Shown here piece by piece: positions 1 through 8,116 of a DNA stretch of 64,000 bases. The translations under genes were made by a program, and so were the position numbers. The stretch covers positions 9,456 to 73,455 of the forward strand of contig JAZOUO010000009.1 of assembly GCA_045658225.1 (NCBI GenBank), written 5' to 3'. The first letter of the stretch is position 1. Each line of letters begins with the position of its first letter. This stretch comes from Eubacteriales bacterium. GTDB lineage: Bacteria > Bacillota > Clostridia > Oscillospirales > CAG-272. Under the pieces are notes generated by a model that ran no database searches, was not told the origin of the DNA, and saw only the letters and a program-made list of their open reading frames with translations.

Positions 1-926
1 GAAAACTCGGGCTGTGCGAAATATGTTTTTGTGTTTTGAGAGAGCATTTTCTTTATTCTGGAGTTGCTCATAACCCCGCCCGCGTAAAGCACGGGAATGT
101 TGGGATAAAGAGCTCGTAAATTTTCCGTCATTTTAAGGAGTGTTTTGCCTATAAAATCAAAAACAAACTCACAGACCTCGCCCTTATTCTGTCCTTGCGT
201 GTATAGTGCCGACGCCTGATTTTCAAGCCCCGAAAGGTTGCAGAAAAGTCCGTCAACACAGACCTTTATATGCTTGTTATACGACGCACCCTCGCCGCAC
301 ATACGCTCCATTTCTTTGCCGCATGGAAAATTAAGTCCCATCATAACGCCCGTACGGTCAATAGCCTGACCTGCGTTTATGTCACGAGTACCGCCTATCT
401 GCTCTATGGATATTTCGCTATCATTTAAGGTCACCAGCAAAAGCTCGGTCGTGCCGCCCGATACGTGAAACGCCGCAAATCTGCCGCCGCAGTCTGCCGC
501 CTGCGCGACAATCTGTTTTTCCGCACCCGACGAATACATTGCCGCCGCAATATGTCCTGCCTGATGCGAGAATTTGTAGATCGGACACCCTATTGGCGCG
601 CGTAAAGAATACGCCGCCGACTGACCCGCCAGAAAGCAAGGCATATACGAGCCCTCGCAGTCACGTGGATACGCTGAATATCCGATAGCGCATATCTCGC
701 TCTGCGGATAACTGTTATTTATAACGTCGGATAACTTGTCCATAAGCTCGGGGAGATTTTTTGTGTGCAAAAAGAGCGCATCGCTCTGTCTCAACCCCCT
801 CTCGCCGTTCTCAACGGAAAGTAATTTTTTGATGTTCGCAACGACCTCTCCCTCATACGTGCAGAGCGCGAGCGAGGTAGTATAGTTGCTCGTGTCTATG
901 CCGACGAAAAGCTTTTGTACACTCAT
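1..926 (-). CDS. Kae1/TsaD-like (peptidase M22 / ASKHA-fold) protein; 3' end lies beyond the left edge
   Basis: My own translation from the ATG at 924-926 gives MSVQKLFVGIDTSNYTTSLALCTYEGE...FSHQAGHIAAAMYSSGA...FAAFHVSGGTTELLLV. The GIDTS and SGGTTEL motifs are typical of the glycoprotease/Kae1 family. It is absent from the ORF track because no stop falls within the window. Confidence 0.6.
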   Translation of the reverse strand, partial: MSVQKLFVGIDTSNYTTSLALCTYEGEVVANIKKLLSVENGERGLRQSDALFLHTKNLPELMDKLSDVINNSYPQSEICAIGYSAYPRDCEGSYMPCFLAGQSAAYSLRAPIGCPIYKFSHQAGHIAAAMYSSGAEKQIVAQAADCGGRFAAFHVSGGTTELLLVTLNDSEISIEQIGGTRDINAGQAIDRTGVMMGLNFPCGKEMERMCGEGASYNKHIKVCVDGLFCNLSGLENQASALYTQGQNKGEVCEFVFDFIGKTLLKMTENLRALYPNIPVLYAGGVMSNSRIKKMLSQNTKTYFAQPEF

Positions 927-927
927 T

Positions 928-1380
928 TTACTCTGCGTCGGGTGCTGCGAGCGAAATAAGCGCATCCTTGCCCTTTGCCTCAACATCTCTTACTATACTT
1001 GCAAGCACGCCGTTTACAAATGCGCGCGCCTTATCTTCGCCATATTTCTTGGCAATATCTACCGCTTCGCTGACAGATACGTTTGCAGGAATGTCCGCGT
1101 AAAGTATCTCATAAACAGACAAACGAATAACGGTTCTTGATACCTTGGAAAGTCTGTCGGCTCTCCAACCCTTTGCATACTTGCTGATTATAGCGTCAAG
1201 CTCGGCACTCTTTTCACAGATGCCGAAGAATACGCTCTTTATATACTCGTCCTCGGGAATATGTCTATCCTCAAGCGCCGAGTTGTATATCATCTCGGGC
1301 GACTCCCCAGTCTTAAATTCAGTCTCAAACAAAAGCGCAAACAGAGTTCTTCTCGCTTCTTTTCTTGAAATCTCAGGCAT
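928..1380 (-). CDS. nusB: transcription antitermination factor NusB
   Basis: 150 aa. RKEARRTLFALLFE...RLSKVSRTVIRLSVYEILY...DKARAFVNGVLASI is typical of NusB. AAGGAGA RBS upstream. Confidence 0.9.
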   Translation of the reverse strand: MPEISRKEARRTLFALLFETEFKTGESPEMIYNSALEDRHIPEDEYIKSVFFGICEKSAELDAIISKYAKGWRADRLSKVSRTVIRLSVYEILYADIPANVSVSEAVDIAKKYGEDKARAFVNGVLASIVRDVEAKGKDALISLAAPDAE

Positions 1381-1608
1381 TTTTATGTCTCCTTATGTAA
1401 AAAATTACGATTATTGCCTTTCGGCAATACCTACCTATTTTAATTATATATCATTTATTTTATAATGTCAATAAACTTTGCATATTTTTGTGAATTTTTA
1501 TACATTTATTTTAACAAAAAATATAAAATGCTTATTGAAAAAAATGTCTATGTGTGTTAAAATAAAATGAGGGTGTGTTTGCCCTACTAAATGTGAAAGG
1601 TAATATCC

Positions 1609-2082
1609 ATGCTTAAAAGAATTATAAATCTCGGAGCAGTTTACTATACCGTAATAAGCGGAATCTTTTTATTGTTTGCACAGTTATTTGGCGATAAAAA
1701 CACGGGTCTTGACCCTGCCAAATTTTTGTTTTTGCTTCTGTTCGCCTTTATTATGTCAACAGGCACGGCGATAAAAGAAAGCGATATAATGGGTAAGATC
1801 GCAAGACTGTGTTGCCACGCTGTGTGCTACATAGGCGGATTTTTCTTCTGTATCATACTCCCATATCACAAGGGATTTTCATTTGCGGTCATTTCAACGG
1901 TTATATTCGCGGCACTATACGCAACAGCTTGCTTTATCAAATCATTTATTACCAACCGCAAAAGCGAGAAAAAAGTTTCCGCAAAAGCAACAAACACATC
2001 AAAAACCAAAAACGGTAAACCATCAAAAAAACAGTCTCAAGCGCAGACTGAGTACAAAAGTCTTTTCTCAGATGACAAATAA
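1609..2082 (+). CDS. hypothetical multi-pass membrane protein
   Basis: 157 aa with four or more hydrophobic segments and a basic K/S-rich tail. GAAAGG RBS. No family recognised. Confidence 0.5.
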   Translation: MLKRIINLGAVYYTVISGIFLLFAQLFGDKNTGLDPAKFLFLLLFAFIMSTGTAIKESDIMGKIARLCCHAVCYIGGFFFCIILPYHKGFSFAVISTVIFAALYATACFIKSFITNRKSEKKVSAKATNTSKTKNGKPSKKQSQAQTEYKSLFSDDK

Positions 2083-2094
2083 GATTAAAATAAA

Positions 2095-2937
2095 ATGAAA
2101 AAAATAACAAGGATAATTGTAATTTCTCTGCTCGCCGCCCTAGGTCTTGCAATAGTTGCCGCGACATCTCTCGCCGCCCTTATCCAGAAAGACAAGGACT
2201 TTGATATTTCAAGCAGCGAAGCAACTCTGAGCCCCACCCCCGATTACGGTCAAAATTATCTCAATAATCTAATATTTCTCGGCGATTTTACAAGTCAAAA
2301 TATGGTGAGTAGCGGCGTTTTGGAAAACGGAGTTGACTCAAATCAGGTATGGACGGGCAAAAACGGCACTCTAAGTCTCGACTACAACATAGATAAAGCG
2401 ACAATAATTCTCCCCGAAACCGACGAGGAGATGCTTCTCACACAAGCGCTCAAAACAAAAAAGCCAAGGTATCTTGTGATAACCCTGGGGCTTGAAAACG
2501 GAGTTCCCTATTGCGACAAGCAAGCCTTTTGTGAGTATTACCGAAAGCTTATTGATAAAGTAAAAGAAAGTTCGCCGAGCACTAAAATAATAATTCAGTC
2601 TATACTGCCCGTGACGGCAAAATTTCAACGTAAAAACAGTGAAATAACCAATGAAAAAATAGATACCTGCAACAAGTGGCTTTGTGAGCTCGCCGAGGAG
2701 ATGAATATAAGATTTCTTAACACCGCCGAGTGTCTTAAAGACTCGTCCGGCAACCTGCCAAAAAAACACGCAAGCGAGGATGGTAGCTCGCCAAACACCG
2801 AGGGCTACAAAATAATGCTTGAATACATAAGAACCCACGGATACAAGGATTATCCGATGGTTGACAAGCACACAGAGTCTCCCACACAAGTCCCCACACA
2901 AGTCCCCACAGAAGCACCTACAGAGTCAGGAACTTAA
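2095..2937 (+). CDS. membrane-anchored/secreted SGNH (GDSL-like) fold protein, probably non-catalytic
   Basis: 280 aa with an N-terminal signal/anchor. SGNH-like blocks are LIFLGDFTS, LVITLGLENG and EDGSSPNTEGYKIM. C-terminal PTQVPTQVPTEAPTE low-complexity tail. Confidence 0.55.
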   Translation: MKKITRIIVISLLAALGLAIVAATSLAALIQKDKDFDISSSEATLSPTPDYGQNYLNNLIFLGDFTSQNMVSSGVLENGVDSNQVWTGKNGTLSLDYNIDKATIILPETDEEMLLTQALKTKKPRYLVITLGLENGVPYCDKQAFCEYYRKLIDKVKESSPSTKIIIQSILPVTAKFQRKNSEITNEKIDTCNKWLCELAEEMNIRFLNTAECLKDSSGNLPKKHASEDGSSPNTEGYKIMLEYIRTHGYKDYPMVDKHTESPTQVPTQVPTEAPTESGT

Positions 2938-2950
2938 ACAATCAAATACA

Positions 2951-2986
2951 AATCGGAGGATGCCGAAGCATCCTCCGATTTTTTTA
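2951..2986. terminator. bidirectional rho-independent terminator between convergent genes
   Basis: AATCGGAGGATGC-cgaa-GCATCCTCCGATT followed by a T-run. The reverse strand is also followed by T-rich sequence. Confidence 0.8.
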
Positions 2987-3006
2987 TTGGTTAAACTAAT
3001 CAGAAA

Positions 3007-5523
3007 TTAGTCCTTTTTCTTAAAGCAAACTACGCCTGCAAGGCTAACTGTTGCGATAACAGCAAATGCCGAAAGTCCGATAACGGAACCGCATCCCTTC
3101 TTTTCTTCCTTGCCACCGTTGTCGTCGCCACCCTCGCTGGGAGTGTTGGTTGTGGGAGCCTGAGTTGTGATAGTTCTCTTCTCACCGCAAACATTACAAT
3201 CTGCGTCTGTATCGCTGTCGTATGTATGAGTTGTCACAGGTGTTTCTGTCTGCTCAACAGTTACAGTACCACATACTGTACACTTTTCACCAGCTGTAAG
3301 ACCTGTATCCTTACATGTAGCCTCTACTGCGGGGATCTCCTCGGGAGTATGACCCTTGGCAGAGATCAAATTCTGAGCAACAAGTGTAGTATCACATACT
3401 GTACACTTCTTACCCTCGGTTCTACCTGCATCGGTACAAGTTGCCTCTACTGCGGGCAATACTTCTTCCTTGTGTCCGGGAGCTTCAACAACTTTGGTGA
3501 TCTTAACAAACTGGCACTTCTTACAAACTTCAATCTCCGAGCCGTTAGTTGTACATGTTGCCGCTTTATCTACCTTCCATTCGGTGTTTTCGTGAGCGCA
3601 ACCGAATCCGCATCCCTTAACGGTACATTCACCGTTTTCGTTAAGTTCGTGGGGTACCGCAGCCTCGCTGTAATCACATCCCTTTGTACTACAAACTATC
3701 CAGTGCTCTGTTTCGTTGTTTGCATATACCTTAGTGTGGCCGGTAGCTTTAATAACATCAGATGAGTTTGTACCGCAAATAATGCATGCCTCGCCTGCTT
3801 CTCTACCATTCTCTGTACATGTGGGAGCTATGTATTCTGAAGGCTCCATCTTGTGACCGGGAGCCTGAACTCTCTGGGGAGCCTTACCATTGATGTACTG
3901 ATTACAAACAGCACACTGTTCGGTTTCTCTCCAACCGGGAGTGACGCATCCTACAGGAACCGCGGGAGTTATTATTTTATCACCCTCGTGTCCACAGGGC
4001 TCATAATTGTTGACATAGTTCTCTGCATACTCATTTGCAGCGTCTTGAGTGCGGAAGTATGCCATATAGCAAAGATCAAAGTGATTGGTTTCGGGGTCGC
4101 TAAGCATATATTCGGTATACTTAGCATCTATTCTGAAGAAGTTGATTCTGCCACTCCAATCTTCAAACAGAGAGAAGTCTATAACGAAGAGCTGATATGT
4201 GTTTCCATCAAAATCTTCAAACTCTTCAGACGGATACACATCCGGTATTCTACAGTTCATGCTAGGGCTAAGCTGTTGATTTGCGCCGTAGTATATGCAA
4301 TCAAACATATGGGCGTCCGCACCCTGACATTCGTAGTCATTATCTTCGGTACGTTCACAGTTACAGAAGTTTCTGAGAAGAACAGCTACATAAGGATATT
4401 CGGTAGCGTTATACGAGATAGCGTTATCGGGTGCTATTGTGAAATATGCAGCAATACCCTCCTTCTCAGGGTAAATCACGAAGGAACCGTCATAATTATT
4501 AGGTACACAGGTTCCGTTGGATACCTGAAGGTCACCGGTCTTTTTAAACTCGCCCTTTTCGTTCTTTGCATCAAAATAAAGAACGGGGTCCTTGGGATCA
4601 AACTCAGATGTATCGATAATGTCACCAATGGGTTCTACGTTGTTGACCTGCTCTGCCTTGTCACTACCTGTGGGCTTTTCACCGTTGAATTCCGTGATAG
4701 TCACAGTTGTTGTGACGTCGGATGTTTCGTTGAACAAACCAAAGCCTATGTATGCAAAGCCTTCAGTAAATCTTTGGTGGAGATATTCATTAAGAACGTC
4801 AGCGGGAGTTACCAGGACGTCCTGAATATAAAGGCTGTAGTAGTCAGCGGCTTTATCGTACTCAAGCCTCATGGTAAGAGTATATGTGCCATCCGCATCG
4901 GGATCCATAGACCCCGGATTAGGCGCAACGCCCCCAGCACCAGTGTTGTCAGCCATAAGGCTCCATGTACAGGGATTACCCTCTGATCCGTGTTGAAGCA
5001 TTTCATTTGTCCAGTCATAGAACACCTGGTCGGAAATAAAGTTCTGGATAACGGCAACTCTGTTAAGACATGCAAAGCCCTGTCCGTAATTACCCGAGTT
5101 ATCGCCCTGCGCAGGGTTGATCTGGTCCCAAATATAGAAGCTGAACCATCTATCAGTACCTGGTACGGCTTCGAATCCAGTCACCTTGACTGTCATGGAG
5201 ATACCCTCTTTGAGGTTCTGCATTTCTTTGGTTGTAGTCTGGATACGAGGAGTGCTCAACGTTTTAGTTGAAAACTCGCCGCTTATTTTGAAGCCGTCAT
5301 CGGTATATTCGTAGCCGGCAACGTTAGTTGTAGATTTGGTAGGATCACTAAAATCATAGATATAGTTACCATCATCATCCTGGTATGTTTTGGGGTCCTG
5401 GAAAACTGCCCAGTCACCACCGTCCTTGGTCTCCTCAGCTGCCGCCGCGGGAACGATGGCAAGAGTAGCAAGGATAGAGAGAATCATTACAGTTGCAAGA
5501 ACTGTAGCAATAATCTTTTTCAT
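3007..5523 (-). CDS. large cell-surface protein with an unknown N-terminal domain, tandem Cys-rich GH..C..CxxC repeats and a C-terminal TM anchor
   Basis: 838 aa. Signal peptide MKKIIATVLATVMILSILATLAIVPAAAA. About 5-6 repeats of GH-x(7-12)-[AP]TC-x2-G-x5-6-C-x2-C. P/T/G/D linker, then a hydrophobic helix + KKKD at the C-terminus. AAGGAGA RBS. Confidence 0.7.
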   Translation of the reverse strand: MKKIIATVLATVMILSILATLAIVPAAAAEETKDGGDWAVFQDPKTYQDDDGNYIYDFSDPTKSTTNVAGYEYTDDGFKISGEFSTKTLSTPRIQTTTKEMQNLKEGISMTVKVTGFEAVPGTDRWFSFYIWDQINPAQGDNSGNYGQGFACLNRVAVIQNFISDQVFYDWTNEMLQHGSEGNPCTWSLMADNTGAGGVAPNPGSMDPDADGTYTLTMRLEYDKAADYYSLYIQDVLVTPADVLNEYLHQRFTEGFAYIGFGLFNETSDVTTTVTITEFNGEKPTGSDKAEQVNNVEPIGDIIDTSEFDPKDPVLYFDAKNEKGEFKKTGDLQVSNGTCVPNNYDGSFVIYPEKEGIAAYFTIAPDNAISYNATEYPYVAVLLRNFCNCERTEDNDYECQGADAHMFDCIYYGANQQLSPSMNCRIPDVYPSEEFEDFDGNTYQLFVIDFSLFEDWSGRINFFRIDAKYTEYMLSDPETNHFDLCYMAYFRTQDAANEYAENYVNNYEPCGHEGDKIITPAVPVGCVTPGWRETEQCAVCNQYINGKAPQRVQAPGHKMEPSEYIAPTCTENGREAGEACIICGTNSSDVIKATGHTKVYANNETEHWIVCSTKGCDYSEAAVPHELNENGECTVKGCGFGCAHENTEWKVDKAATCTTNGSEIEVCKKCQFVKITKVVEAPGHKEEVLPAVEATCTDAGRTEGKKCTVCDTTLVAQNLISAKGHTPEEIPAVEATCKDTGLTAGEKCTVCGTVTVEQTETPVTTHTYDSDTDADCNVCGEKRTITTQAPTTNTPSEGGDDNGGKEEKKGCGSVIGLSAFAVIATVSLAGVVCFKKKD

Positions 5524-5610
5524 TTTCTTTTTCTCCTTTTAGAATTTTTTTGTGCGGAGTGTGCAAACTCCACTCTTAATGTAATTATAGCATAATACAA
5601 AAAAAATGTA

Positions 5611-5711
5611 AACTATCAAAAAGACCAAATTTGACAAGTATAAATTGTGGATATTTACCTTTCCGAGTCGTATATTGCTCGCGTTTTCCCACAATTCTGT
5701 CAAATTTGGCC
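5611..5711 (-). terminator. long-stem hairpin/terminator downstream of the radical SAM gene
   Basis: On the minus strand: GGCCAAATTTGACAGAATTGTGGG-(37 nt)-CCACAATTTATACTTGTCAAATTTGGTC followed by TTTTTGAT. Confidence 0.6.
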
Positions 5712-5725
5712 TTTAACTGATTTTT

Positions 5726-6694
5726 CTAATATTTATTCTTTCCCTGCCACAGATCTTCAGCAAACATTTTTTTGTCTATGTCGTTTATAACCACGGTCTT
5801 TTTTCTGCTCCAATCGGGTGCGAGGAGATGGGACTGCATACCGTCTCCTGTAAGTCTGCCGACCACGGTATTCTCAGGCAGATAGGTCAAGGATTTTGCG
5901 ACCACATCCACATAAGCCTCCATACTCATAGGCTTATATTCTCCCGAAAGATACATGTCCGCAAGGCGGGTATTCTTGAGCACGTGAAGCAGATGGAATT
6001 TTATCTGGTCGGGCTCAAGCGCGGCAACTGCCTTGACAGATTTAAGCATATCTTCCTCATTTTCTTCAGGCAGACCGAAAACAAGGTGAACACAAATATT
6101 GATTTTGTCCGACGCGGCGCGAAGCTTATTATAGCCGCATATAAAATCCTCGTAGGTATGTCCTCTGTTTATGAGCATCGCCGTTTTGTCGTGTATTGTT
6201 TGCAAACCTAGCTCGACGGTGAGAACTGTCCTCTCGGCAAGAGAGCAAAGATATTCCACAACATCATCCTCTAGGCAATCCGCACGGGTGGCGATGTTAA
6301 GTCCAACAACACCGTCAATGCTCATCACCGGCTCAATTTTTTCTTTTATTTTATCAAGCGGCGCGTAGGTGTTGGTGTGCGCCTGAAAATAAGGTATATA
6401 CTTGTCAGTTTTCCATTTTGATGAAAGCTGATTTTTTGTAGTTTCAAATTGCTCTGTCACGGGAATATCCGCCGTCTGCGCGAAATCTCCGCTTCCCCTC
6501 TGCGAGCAATATATACATCCACCAACAGAGCATTTACCGTCGATATTCGGGCAGGTAAATCCCGCGTCTATCGGTATCTTCATACACTTGCCGCCAAACG
6601 TGCGCTTGAGCCAATAATCGTAGGTATAATAACGCTTATTGGTATCGCTGTTTTTGTAGGGATTTGTGGCGGATTGAGTGAGCTTGTTCTTCAT
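5726..6694 (-). CDS. radical SAM protein, TIGR01212 (YhcC-like) family
   Basis: 322 aa. RYYTYDYWLKRTFGGKCMKIPIDAGFTCPNIDG...GGCIYCS matches the characteristic N-terminus and Cys cluster of this family. Confidence 0.8.
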   Translation of the reverse strand: MKNKLTQSATNPYKNSDTNKRYYTYDYWLKRTFGGKCMKIPIDAGFTCPNIDGKCSVGGCIYCSQRGSGDFAQTADIPVTEQFETTKNQLSSKWKTDKYIPYFQAHTNTYAPLDKIKEKIEPVMSIDGVVGLNIATRADCLEDDVVEYLCSLAERTVLTVELGLQTIHDKTAMLINRGHTYEDFICGYNKLRAASDKINICVHLVFGLPEENEEDMLKSVKAVAALEPDQIKFHLLHVLKNTRLADMYLSGEYKPMSMEAYVDVVAKSLTYLPENTVVGRLTGDGMQSHLLAPDWSRKKTVVINDIDKKMFAEDLWQGKNKY

Positions 6695-6736
6695 AAGTCT
6701 CCTTGCTTAAACAGGGCGGTAAAACCGCCCTGCGCT

Positions 6737-8014
6737 TTAATTTTCAAGTAAATTTTCAACCGCTGAGAGCTTTACACATAGGGTGAGCACATCCATAGCA
6801 GCCCTAAGACTCTCCATAGTCGTGTAAGTGGGCGCTATACGAATATTGCTGTCATTGGCATCATTGCCATAGGGGTATGTCGCGCCAACCGTGGTAAGTG
6901 TGACTCCAGCCGCCTTTGCAAGCTCAAAGGTTCTCTTGGCACATCCGTTGGGGGTGAAAAGACTCACGAAGTATCCTCCTCGGGGATTGGTCCACCTGCC
7001 TATACCCACAGGGGTCAGCTCGCTCTCAAGTCGCTCAAGAACAAGCGCAAACTTGGGGGCAAGAATTGCAGCGTGCTTTTTCATGTGCGCGCGCACTCCG
7101 TCCGCGTCTCCGAAAAACTTTACGTGACGGAGCTGATTTATCTTATCAAAGCTTATAGTCTGCGCCGTCATAACCGACTTTATTTGCTTCATATTATTCT
7201 CGTTTGCGGCGATTATAGCCACTCCCGAGCCTGAATGTGTTATTTTAGAGGTAGACGCGAAATAGAAAACTCTGTCCTCATTTCCTTCCTCTCTGCAAGC
7301 CTCGAAAATATCAAGAAGTACATCTCCCTGCTCGCAGAAATCATGTACTGCGTAAGCGTTATCCCACATAACTCTGAAGTCGGGCGCGGCAGTCTTCATA
7401 GCCGCAAGACGTCTTACGGTTTCGTCTGAATAAGTAATTCCGTCGGGATTAGAATATTTGGGGCAACACCATATTCCCTTTACGGACGGGTCGGCTACAA
7501 GTGCTTCAACTGCGTACATATCGGGTCCTGTAGGAGTCATATCCACATTTATCATCTCAATGCCGAGAGATTCGCAAATTTTGAAATGCCTGTCATAACC
7601 GGGTACGGGACAAATAAATTTCACCTTCTCCTCACGGCACCAAGGCTTCTTGCTGCCATAGACGCCGTAAAGCATAGCACGCGCAACCGTATCGTACATA
7701 AGATTTAATGACGAGCTTCCACCCACGAATATGTAATTCTGCGGTATGCCGAGAAGGTAGGAAAAAAGCTTTTTCGCCTCGGGGATTCCGTCAAAAAGTC
7801 CGTAGTTTCTGCAGTCAAATCCCGCCTCGGTCACGTATCCCTCAGTGTCCGACACACAGGTCAACATCCCGTTTGACAGATCAAGCTGCTCAGAGTTGGG
7901 CTTGCCGCGTGACAAGTCAAGAGAGAGCTTTTGCTCGCAGATTTTTGCATATTCGATTTCAAGCTTTGCCTTTTCGCAGACAAGCTGTTCTTTGGTCATT
8001 TGAGTGTAATTCAT
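6737..8014 (-). CDS. PLP-dependent aminotransferase (class I/II fold)
   Basis: The ORF track starts at 8089. I prefer the ATG at 8014 ([11 protein letters not shown]) with a [25 protein letters not shown] and SKITHSGSG are aminotransferase-like motifs. Confidence 0.7.
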   Translation of the reverse strand: MNYTQMTKEQLVCEKAKLEIEYAKICEQKLSLDLSRGKPNSEQLDLSNGMLTCVSDTEGYVTEAGFDCRNYGLFDGIPEAKKLFSYLLGIPQNYIFVGGSSSLNLMYDTVARAMLYGVYGSKKPWCREEKVKFICPVPGYDRHFKICESLGIEMINVDMTPTGPDMYAVEALVADPSVKGIWCCPKYSNPDGITYSDETVRRLAAMKTAAPDFRVMWDNAYAVHDFCEQGDVLLDIFEACREEGNEDRVFYFASTSKITHSGSGVAIIAANENNMKQIKSVMTAQTISFDKINQLRHVKFFGDADGVRAHMKKHAAILAPKFALVLERLESELTPVGIGRWTNPRGGYFVSLFTPNGCAKRTFELAKAAGVTLTTVGATYPYGNDANDSNIRIAPTYTTMESLRAAMDVLTLCVKLSAVENLLEN

Positions 8015-8116
8015 CGGTGTTCTCCAAACAGTAAAAATATACTTTTGTATTATAACACAAACGGGCAAAAAAAGCAAGAGCAAATTCAAAATTTTGCAAA
8101 AATTCTAAATTTACCC

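Noticed and set aside
3853-4986. A long plus-strand ORF of 377 aa. Similar long ORFs lie at 28878-30014, 31693-32688, 33660-35012, 39115-39798, 48659-49345, 53744-54568, 55423-56262 and 56447-57211.
   Set aside because: All lie entirely antisense to confidently identified genes (surface protein, pncB, aminotransferase, pgi, uvrA, Wzy-like, era/recO, ybeY/phoH, yqfD). They have low-complexity, Cys/Arg/Leu-rich translations and no RBS. They are shadow ORFs caused by the codon bias of the true frame.
8015-8089. N-terminal extensions offered by the ORF track. Affected genes: aminotransferase (8089), mecA-like (10634), pgi (35084), PHP gene (38156), uvrB (43450), Wzy-like (50734), phoH (56871), yqfD (58132), ylbJ (58394) and valS (61054).
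   Set aside because: In each case an internal ATG has a proper GGAGG-like RBS and matches the conserved family N-terminus. The extension would otherwise run through a terminator, a promoter or the T-box leader.
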